29,221 bases of DNA from Pseudobdellovibrionaceae bacterium (GTDB lineage Bacteria > Bdellovibrionota > Bdellovibrionia > Bdellovibrionales > Bdellovibrionaceae), in the NCBI GenBank assembly GCA_043720315.1, contig JAYSSX010000639.1, positions 1-29,221 on the forward strand, in the 5' to 3' direction. Positions 15,961-23,567 of this stretch are shown here, one piece after another. Every line of letters begins with the position of its first letter. Positions within the stretch are counted from its first letter, which is position 1. The position numbers were made by a program, and so were the translations under genes. The notes beneath the pieces are model-generated. The model had not been told where the DNA came from. It saw nothing but the letters and a program-made list of their open reading frames with translations, and did no database searches.

Positions 15961-18330
15961 TTACTTTTGCATATTTTGAGTATTAGCGATATCTTTTTTT
16001 AGTTCGCCGAGGACTTGTAACAACGATTGCCGAGTACCCTCCGGCAGATCATTTGGTTTCGGCAATCCCAACGCTGCAGCGACATCATTAGCCTTCTTGG
16101 ATGTTAAATATATAGGCAAAGTGATTAAATCCGGTTTTTTTCCATAAATGACCATGTACCTAAATATGTCCCCCACTAAGAAATTCCCAACCGGACTGAC
16201 CTGAGCTATAAAGTCTTTAAATCGAGGCGCAGCGGCATCGATTTCGCTGTCACTAAGAACTTGATTTTGATTGACGTCAAATTGAACCATCATCGATTCT
16301 ATGTACTGAATGATCGAAATCATTGTTCGGTATTCCGTGTATTCGACCTGGGTCGCAACCGGATTATCGATTCTAGAAATAGCCAAAACACTGTCGTAAA
16401 ATTTGTTATAAGCACTTTGATCAGCAGAATTAATAATTTTTAAAAGAAATTGATCCATCATAGGAGCATTTTCCATCATTTGAAGAACATTTTTCTTAAA
16501 TGTCTTATGAAAACAACTAGCCTCGGCAATGGGAACCTCAAAAACATCCTTTGACCCGGGAATTTCGCAATGATCAGCCTGTAGTTTTAGGCGAAGGTCT
16601 TTTGCCGTTTTAAATCCACCCGAAACTAACAGGTTCAGTAATTCATTGATTTCCAAATAATCTAATTGCTCATTGCCATTTCCGCTGTAAGTAAAAAAGT
16701 TTCCTTCTTTAAATAGGCGTGCTGAAGAGCTGAAGTTTCGAGGATCTAAAAGTTTTAACTCTTTACCAGCAACTTTAAAATCAACTTCCAACTGGGCCAG
16801 TGACTTTTCTGAAATTTTGTAGTTTTCAATATCTGCGGTTTCATTTTTGCCATAACCTCGCAAAACAATTCTCGAAACGGAATGCAAGGCATTGACTGTA
16901 TTAAGTCCTCGCAAACTTGTTTTAAGATTTCCCACATTATAATAAACAGAAACCTTATTATTAAGGCCCCAATTGATAGGTCGCTTAGTTAAAAATAACT
17001 CAGACCAATAATCCCATATTCTTTTAATAGACTCTTCATCAGTGCTAAATCCTGAATTTTGAATGAGGTCGGCAAAGGGAAACTTCTTCACCGGCTCTTT
17101 GATATCTGCCAACGGCACTTCTAAACGATTCTGCAAAACCGAATTAATGAAGGACTGTTTCATTTTCCAAATTTGGAATTCAAATTTAAGAATGCCGATA
17201 TGGCGCGCCGACAATTCAGTTGATTTTGCCGGGTCGGTTTTAACAGTGGCTCTTCCATCTAAGAAATAATAAAGTGCCTTTTTATAGTTTTCTTTTAAAA
17301 CATCTTTGGAAAAGGGTAGGTCCTTCCAATGTAAAACATAAAATTCATTAATTACGTTATCAATGGCAGCAAAGGAATAGGCATTATTTTTTAAATACAG
17401 AGGCGAAGATTCTAATAAAACAAAACCGCGTTCGGCGAACTGAATCACTCTTTCCCAAGATCGTACATCGGCAAATTCGCTCTTCCCTATATGGTAATAA
17501 TAAGAAACCGTCAACGGAAGTGCTTTGGACAGCCAAGTAAGGATTTCCTGATTTTGCAATTCTGACAAAGGTTTTGACTGGTCAACCGAAGTATCGTTTA
17601 GAAATAGATTTTTAAGGTATTCTACCAATGTAAAATATCTTTTTATTTTTCCAAACTGGGCTTCTTGGTTTAAGAAAACTCCTAATTCTATAATGAACGA
17701 CTTTAGATCTGCCATACTGTAATTTGTTTTTTTGAATTCAGTTTTTTCCAACACCTCATTCACTGACAATTGCAAATGGGACCCGATATCAGCCAGTTCA
17801 ACATCAGAAATATCACGCAGGGATTGGCCGGCTCTTTGATCATTAAATAAAAAATAGGAAACTTCATTTTTATGACGTAAAGAAATAGTTTTGGCTAATG
17901 ACATTAACCCAGACAAGCGATCAATTTCAGCGCGAGTAAACCGCCTGACATCTCCACCGACCAAAACGGTTTTGATTTTCATAATCTCAGCGATAAATGA
18001 ATCTTTAATTTTTTCTTCGGTAAGTAAATAGTTATTAAAAAATTTTTGCAATTCCTGAGGCGTATAGTAATTTTGATGTGCGCCTTTAGTTAGTTTGCTG
18101 AAATTATATAAAGAGCTATTTATACAATCAAATGATTTCCCGATCAAAAGATCAGAACTTTCCTGTTTAAAATATAATTTAAATTGGTTTGGAAGTTCTT
18201 TGACACATCCAACTTCCTTTTCCCCCAGCTGCTTAACTGGTTCGTCTTGTTTATTGCTTTTCGTATATTTCGAACAGCTTATAAAAGAAAAAATCATGGC
18301 TAAAATTAAAAGATACCGTTTAAAAGACAT
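15961..18330 (-). CDS. Large helical lipoprotein (789 aa) with EF-hand-like loops
   Basis: Lipobox FISC; loops DVNQNQVLSDSE and SGNGNEQLDYLE; start overlaps the stop of the upstream barrel gene. Confidence 0.7.
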   Translation of the reverse strand: MSFKRYLLILAMIFSFISCSKYTKSNKQDEPVKQLGEKEVGCVKELPNQFKLYFKQESSDLLIGKSFDCINSSLYNFSKLTKGAHQNYYTPQELQKFFNNYLLTEEKIKDSFIAEIMKIKTVLVGGDVRRFTRAEIDRLSGLMSLAKTISLRHKNEVSYFLFNDQRAGQSLRDISDVELADIGSHLQLSVNEVLEKTEFKKTNYSMADLKSFIIELGVFLNQEAQFGKIKRYFTLVEYLKNLFLNDTSVDQSKPLSELQNQEILTWLSKALPLTVSYYYHIGKSEFADVRSWERVIQFAERGFVLLESSPLYLKNNAYSFAAIDNVINEFYVLHWKDLPFSKDVLKENYKKALYYFLDGRATVKTDPAKSTELSARHIGILKFEFQIWKMKQSFINSVLQNRLEVPLADIKEPVKKFPFADLIQNSGFSTDEESIKRIWDYWSELFLTKRPINWGLNNKVSVYYNVGNLKTSLRGLNTVNALHSVSRIVLRGYGKNETADIENYKISEKSLAQLEVDFKVAGKELKLLDPRNFSSSARLFKEGNFFTYSGNGNEQLDYLEINELLNLLVSGGFKTAKDLRLKLQADHCEIPGSKDVFEVPIAEASCFHKTFKKNVLQMMENAPMMDQFLLKIINSADQSAYNKFYDSVLAISRIDNPVATQVEYTEYRTMISIIQYIESMMVQFDVNQNQVLSDSEIDAAAPRFKDFIAQVSPVGNFLVGDIFRYMVIYGKKPDLITLPIYLTSKKANDVAAALGLPKPNDLPEGTRQSLLQVLGELKKDIANTQNMQK

Positions 18331-19684
18331 AAGTTATCCCCATTTGAACCTGATCATTGTCCTGATAATTGTAGAAATCCGAAGATTCCTGTTTTGCATT
18401 TACTTCTGCGGCTATCAAAAGGAGTTTCCCTGATAACTTCAAATTGTCTGTCATAAAATAGGAAGAGTTCATTTTTACTGTGGAAAAGGAATCACTTAAA
18501 CTTGCAAGGTATTCAAATCCTAAATTAAAATGACCTTTCCATTCGTAGTTCAATTCCCATTTAGCTGCATTTTTAAATGGCATTCGGTTCGGCAACCAAT
18601 CCTGAATATAGTTAGCAAGTGGACCGGTCACTTTCTTTTCGCCGCCGTTAACGTGAACTAAAGCCAAACGGTTTTTTAACTCATACGTCGGAAACTGTGC
18701 TGCAATGGAAACGATGATTTGAGGCTCGTACAAACTAATCGTTTCTTGCTCGTTTACTGAAATGAAATCCTGCTTTTCATAAATTCCGCTGAAAACCAAA
18801 TTGAACCATTCGAAACTATATCCGGCGTCAGCGGCAAAAACTGTGTGTTGGTTTACAACCGGAGTGATCTGGGTTTCGATAGTTAAGTCCGGACTCAAGT
18901 AGCCGTCATATATTAATTGAAGTTGTTCAGTTGGTTTATAAAGAAAAGATGCGTTAAACGAAAAGCCATTTCCATAATCTAATCCATTAAAGCTGCTTTC
19001 CAAATATTGAAGATTTAAACCAATGGATTTTTGTTGCACAACATGCCCGATCTCAGGAGTGTTAAAATCATAGTTGACCCTGGTGAGATTTCCGTTCACA
19101 AGCACATTCGTTGGAGGTGACGTAAACCAGGGATTTACTGGCTTAAAACTTCCAGCTTCAATTTCAAAAGGTGCACCCTGGTCTGGAATAAATAGCGGTG
19201 ATACAAATAAAGCAGAACGCAACGTCGGCGTGTTCTGCATTTCGATAAATAGTCCTGTGAGTCCCTGTTGATTCAAATCTAATGAAGTGGTGCGATCCAC
19301 AGGTTGAATCACACCCAAATTAAAATTTTTATCTAGTTCCGACCATTTATATGTCGAGCGTCCAATCCGATAATTCACCTTTTTTACCTGAAAAGAGAAA
19401 AATAAGTCTTTTACATTTAAAGTACTTAGTGAAGAATCTTTCCAATACATTTGGGCGTGTAGATCAGCATAAAAAAATCGCTTCTCAATGTCAGTATTAT
19501 TATATCCTGCGGTAAAAGACTGAAAGGTTTTATGGTCGGTTTGTGCGTAGGCCTCACTTATAAACTGCGTATTTTGTAAGCCAAAAGAAATTTCGTTTTT
19601 GTACATAGAAGTATGCTGCCCGTAAACCATAGGAGATCCAAAAAGGCTCATAATCAGAAGAATATTTGGTAAGCGTTGACTCAT
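18320..19684 (-). CDS. Hypothetical outer-membrane beta-barrel (DUF1302-like motif)
   Basis: Signal peptide; VKDLFF...RIGRSTYKWSELD...GVIQP resembles the xGRQxxxWGxxD barrel motif; C-terminal QMGITYVF beta-signal. SD GGAG. Confidence 0.65.
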   Translation of the reverse strand: MSQRLPNILLIMSLFGSPMVYGQHTSMYKNEISFGLQNTQFISEAYAQTDHKTFQSFTAGYNNTDIEKRFFYADLHAQMYWKDSSLSTLNVKDLFFSFQVKKVNYRIGRSTYKWSELDKNFNLGVIQPVDRTTSLDLNQQGLTGLFIEMQNTPTLRSALFVSPLFIPDQGAPFEIEAGSFKPVNPWFTSPPTNVLVNGNLTRVNYDFNTPEIGHVVQQKSIGLNLQYLESSFNGLDYGNGFSFNASFLYKPTEQLQLIYDGYLSPDLTIETQITPVVNQHTVFAADAGYSFEWFNLVFSGIYEKQDFISVNEQETISLYEPQIIVSIAAQFPTYELKNRLALVHVNGGEKKVTGPLANYIQDWLPNRMPFKNAAKWELNYEWKGHFNLGFEYLASLSDSFSTVKMNSSYFMTDNLKLSGKLLLIAAEVNAKQESSDFYNYQDNDQVQMGITYVF

Positions 19685-19761
19685 TTTCTATCTCCAAGGT
19701 CCTTAAAGTACAAAACGCGGGCCTGACCAAATGCGAAATAACCCTTCTCAGCGTCAGCAAT

Positions 19762-19791
19762 TAGACATAAGGCCCATTTTTGCCCTATAAT
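19762..19791 (+). promoter_or_regulatory. sigma70 promoter for the GT9-waaA operon, probably leaderless
   Basis: TAGACA-N18-TATAAT, then 6 nt to the in-frame GTG at 19798; no SD. Confidence 0.65.
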
Positions 19792-19797
19792 AAACAT

Positions 19798-20865
19798 GTG
19801 ACCGAAAATAGCAGTTCTCGAAAAATATTAATCATTCGCTTTTCCAGTCTGGGAGATGTTCTTCAATCTCTTAGCATTCCTGCAAAAATTAAAAATCAGG
19901 ATTCTCCGTTTAAATCTGCAGAAATTCATTTTTTGACACGTTCTGATTTTAAAGACCTGGTCGAAAAAAATCCTAATATCAATAAGAGTTTTTTCTTTGA
20001 AAAAGGATCGGGAGTCAAGGGTCTTTGGCATTTATTACGAGTGCTTCGTAAAGAAAATTATACTTTTATTTATGATGCCCATAACAGCACCCGATCAAAA
20101 GTAATTAAAATTTTTCTGTGGTTGACAGGAATATTTTTGAATTTAAAAAACGGTTTATCTGTCTTAACCAAATCTCAAAATCGATTGAAAAGATTTTTGC
20201 TTTTTAAACTGCGTCGAAATTATTTCGAACAGCCCTTTTCTGGACAACGCGATTTTCTTGAGCCGCTTCTTGATTGGGGATTTGACTCACAAGCGCCCAA
20301 AACTCCCGTCCTTTTCATTCCCGATCGACAGTTTAAAATTCCACGTCAAATTTTTTCCAAAAATATTTCGCGACCTTTTATTACCTTGGCCCCGATGGCT
20401 GCTCATCCTTTAAAACGTTGGCCTTTAGAATATTGGCAAAAACTAATTGTCGAAAATCCTCGCCAGTTTTTTGTTGCCTTGGGCTCGGAGTCGGAACGCA
20501 GTGAGCTGGATCAAATTAAAGGTGAGAATTTTTTGAACCTTGCCGGGCAGCTTTCGATTATGGAAAGCGGAGCGATGATTTCACTATCAAGCCTTTTGGT
20601 TTCCAACGATACCGGGCTTATGCATATTGCGGAACAAACAGGAAAAGAATGTATTGCATTGATGGGACCTGCCCCTTTTGGTTTTCCTAGTCGACCAAAA
20701 ACCGTTATTTTGCAGAAAAATTTGTCGTGCCGACCGTGTAGCAAACATGGTCAAGGACCTTGTGTAAATTCCGAATTTCAAAAGTGCCTAAGAGACATTT
20801 CAGTAACGGAAGTGAGTCACGTTTTGAACCGAATAATGAATAAACAAGCTGAAGTGCATTTATGA
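19798..20865 (+). CDS. Glycosyltransferase family 9 (ADP-heptose:LPS heptosyltransferase-like)
   Basis: KILIIRFSSLGD, YDAH, KRWPLEY, NLAGQLS, LVSNDTGLMHIA, CRPCSKHG...C. The start is probably GTG 19798 (the ORF track gives TTG 19780). Confidence 0.9.
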   Translation: MTENSSSRKILIIRFSSLGDVLQSLSIPAKIKNQDSPFKSAEIHFLTRSDFKDLVEKNPNINKSFFFEKGSGVKGLWHLLRVLRKENYTFIYDAHNSTRSKVIKIFLWLTGIFLNLKNGLSVLTKSQNRLKRFLLFKLRRNYFEQPFSGQRDFLEPLLDWGFDSQAPKTPVLFIPDRQFKIPRQIFSKNISRPFITLAPMAAHPLKRWPLEYWQKLIVENPRQFFVALGSESERSELDQIKGENFLNLAGQLSIMESGAMISLSSLLVSNDTGLMHIAEQTGKECIALMGPAPFGFPSRPKTVILQKNLSCRPCSKHGQGPCVNSEFQKCLRDISVTEVSHVLNRIMNKQAEVHL

Positions 20866-22118
20866 TTAACCACCTCATTTTTCAGATTTATCGGCTACTG
20901 ATGTTGGTTTTAGTACCTGTTTTGAATCACCCCTTCTTTTTTTACCCCGAGAAAATCCGTCGCATGATTTTAGAGAGGAAGGAAAAAAATTTTCCCGTAT
21001 TAGTTGCGCCTCCTGTATGGATTCATGCTTCCAGCGGCGAAATTGAATATGCCAAACCCGTTATTAGACAAATTAAACTGCTATATCCCGAAATTCCTAT
21101 ATTGCTGACCTATTCTTCGCCTTCAGCGAAGCGTCTGATTGGCAAAGATCTTCCTATTGCAGCCGCTTTGGCTTTACCTTGGGACCTACCAGGCCCAATG
21201 ACCTTTTTCTTAGCGAAGTATCAGCCCAAGTGTCTTTTAATCGCCAGGACCGATGTGTGGCCGGAAATGATTTACCAATGCTACCGCGCTAAAATCCCGA
21301 GTCTTCTTTTTTCGACAACCTTAGCACCACAGTTCAGACGGCATTTACCTTTTGCAAAACAGCTTAATCGATTCAAATTTGGTCACGTTTCAAAAATCAG
21401 CTTGGTCAGCTCTCAAGATGAGTTGGAATTTAAAAAATTGGGAGTGAAATCGGAAATGATTGTTGATGGTGACTCAAGATACGATCAAGTCTTTTACCGG
21501 CAAGAAAATCAGTTGGTGAATCTCAAACTAAATTTGCGCCCACCTGCTAAAGAAAAAACAATTATTTTAGGTTCGACTTGGCCCGAAGATGACGAAGTTT
21601 TATTTCCTTGTTTACCGTTCTTAATGCAACAGGGTTTTCAATTTATCTTAGCTCCTCATGAAGTGGACGAACAAAGGATTCAGCAAATCACCGCGGCTAT
21701 TAAACTTCCGACAAAAAGATATACTACAGCCGAGGTTTGGGACCCGAAATCCGAAGTACTCATCGTAGATCAGATTGGTTGTCTTTTCGAAATTTACAAT
21801 TGGGGATTTGCTTCTTTTGTCGGCGGATCTTTTAAGGCAAAAGTACATAGCGTGATGGAACCTCTTTCTTGGGGACATTTAGTTTCAGTCGGTCCCTACT
21901 TTCAGAACAACAGAGAAGCTGTGGAGTTTGCTGAAATCATCATGGATCAGGATTTAAATTTGGTGAGCGTTTTGAACGATCGTCTCAACTTCACGGAATG
22001 GGCGCAAAAAATTCAACCACATGGCTTGAATTTGCTGCCCTCAATTCAGGGGTTATTAAAAAATCGTTGTGGTGCTACTAACAAAACGACTAAATGGGTG
22101 GTCGCAAATCTAAAGTGA
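20862..22118 (+). CDS. waaA: 3-deoxy-D-manno-octulosonic acid (Kdo) transferase
   Basis: WIHASSGEI, LPWD, DVWPEM, GDSRYD, GSTW, ILAPHE, FVGGSF...HSVMEP. ATGA overlap with the GT9 gene. Confidence 0.92.
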   Translation: MINHLIFQIYRLLMLVLVPVLNHPFFFYPEKIRRMILERKEKNFPVLVAPPVWIHASSGEIEYAKPVIRQIKLLYPEIPILLTYSSPSAKRLIGKDLPIAAALALPWDLPGPMTFFLAKYQPKCLLIARTDVWPEMIYQCYRAKIPSLLFSTTLAPQFRRHLPFAKQLNRFKFGHVSKISLVSSQDELEFKKLGVKSEMIVDGDSRYDQVFYRQENQLVNLKLNLRPPAKEKTIILGSTWPEDDEVLFPCLPFLMQQGFQFILAPHEVDEQRIQQITAAIKLPTKRYTTAEVWDPKSEVLIVDQIGCLFEIYNWGFASFVGGSFKAKVHSVMEPLSWGHLVSVGPYFQNNREAVEFAEIIMDQDLNLVSVLNDRLNFTEWAQKIQPHGLNLLPSIQGLLKNRCGATNKTTKWVVANLK

Positions 22119-22274
22119 CTAACTTTGGAACACTAGAGAATTCAAATTGTCACTTTGGACTCTACTTCAATGAATACCTGCCTTCCGGCTTGAAGTGCTC
22201 CAAAAAAGCTTTTAAACACAATTTAGAGCCTTTTAAGCGCTCTTAGTGCATGGTTCTTGAAACATCATCTTAAC

Positions 22275-23567
22275 ATGTTGTTAAAAGAACTTAGCCTGAT
22301 TTTGCCCGTCACCCTGCTGATACCGTTGATGGTTATGGCGAAGCCATACCAAATGATAGTGGCGCAGCCCTCCCAAATGACTGCCGCGAAGCCCCCTGTT
22401 CGGCTGCAACCCCTTGCCTCCACTGGAACCATTTCAAACCTCGTCAATCCTGAATCGACTCCCTTTCACAGCTTCATTGACCTGTCACTGGCGGCCCGCC
22501 AATTCACTTCGGAAGAAGCAAACAAGTCTTTGATTAACAGCCGACTTGATCTCAATTTGGTCTACAATCCCAATACTGATTTAGACAGTAAAGATCTTCT
22601 CAACTTCACCGGATTTGGTCGCGCGATGAGCCCTTACCGCCTGGGCAAAAGCATTTACGGATTTTACTTTTTAATGAGCCCAAGTTTAATTTTCAGCTCT
22701 GGCTATCAACAGGATGTCTACGACAGCAAACAAGACAGCCAAGTTGGATTAATCAATGGGAATTTTAATCTATATTACTTTGATAGCGATTATTTTACCC
22801 TAGCCAGCTTCGGCGTCAATTCTCACAGAAAACACAGCACTCTATTATTCAGCGTTGAAAGGTCATTCTACGGGATTCAGGCCGAACAACAATTTCACTG
22901 GAACGCGAGTCATCTAGGAGTATTCGCAGAATACGAAATTCCCACGGCTCAAAATCTATCAACGAAAACTGCTGAACAAGAAGTCACGCCCCACTTTATT
23001 TCCGGTGGCGCCGTTTTAAGAAACCGAACGCCATTTTTACAAAGCGAACTAACAGTGGCCTACTTTGAATTTAAAAATCTTCCGGTAAAATTGATGAGTG
23101 AAAGCACTTTAATCGGAAATTCGGGAACAGCGGTTAATCAGACTGAATATCAATTTCAGTATGATTACAGGGGCATTGAAGCACAGTTCAAACTAGACTT
23201 TTACATGGTTCGAAATTTTAACACTAAAATCAACTACAGCTATCTAGTAAATAACTCGGCACCCGATGAAATGAACAAAGGCAGTGACCTATTCTTAAGT
23301 CAGGATATCTACAGTACAAAAAAAATGTCAGTGGCCTTAATTTACGATTTTTTTAAAATTGATAGTGATGCCAGCGTGGCCATTTACAATGATAACAATT
23401 TGCAAACCAACCGCGTTGGCTACCTAGCTGGAGTCGAATTTAAGTTGAAACAACTACTTTCAGTGTCTATCCGCTCGGGCGAAAGAGACGTACTCGTTGA
23501 AAATGGTTTTCAAATACGTGAACGTAACATTATTTTAAAATTGGAGACTTCGAATGTCGAAATCTAA
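22275..23567 (+). CDS. Putative outer-membrane porin/beta-barrel (Porin_5-like C-terminus)
   Basis: Signal peptide from ATG 22275 (alternative TTG 22257), aromatic beta-strands, and DSDASVAIYNDNNLQTNRVGYLAGVEF resembling the D-A-x4-DSDF-x2-TN-x-G-Y motif of putative porins. Confidence 0.6.
   Translation: MLLKELSLILPVTLLIPLMVMAKPYQMIVAQPSQMTAAKPPVRLQPLASTGTISNLVNPESTPFHSFIDLSLAARQFTSEEANKSLINSRLDLNLVYNPNTDLDSKDLLNFTGFGRAMSPYRLGKSIYGFYFLMSPSLIFSSGYQQDVYDSKQDSQVGLINGNFNLYYFDSDYFTLASFGVNSHRKHSTLLFSVERSFYGIQAEQQFHWNASHLGVFAEYEIPTAQNLSTKTAEQEVTPHFISGGAVLRNRTPFLQSELTVAYFEFKNLPVKLMSESTLIGNSGTAVNQTEYQFQYDYRGIEAQFKLDFYMVRNFNTKINYSYLVNNSAPDEMNKGSDLFLSQDIYSTKKMSVALIYDFFKIDSDASVAIYNDNNLQTNRVGYLAGVEFKLKQLLSVSIRSGERDVLVENGFQIRERNIILKLETSNVEI

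Noticed and set aside
18320-19684. Possible transposase or mobile-element interpretation of this gene or region
   Set aside because: No DDE, HUH or serine-recombinase motifs and no terminal repeats; the signal peptide and beta-signal indicate an OM protein.
22235-22250. Possible sigma54 site AAGCGCTCTTAGTGCA before the second barrel gene
   Set aside because: The invariant -24 GG is replaced by AG.
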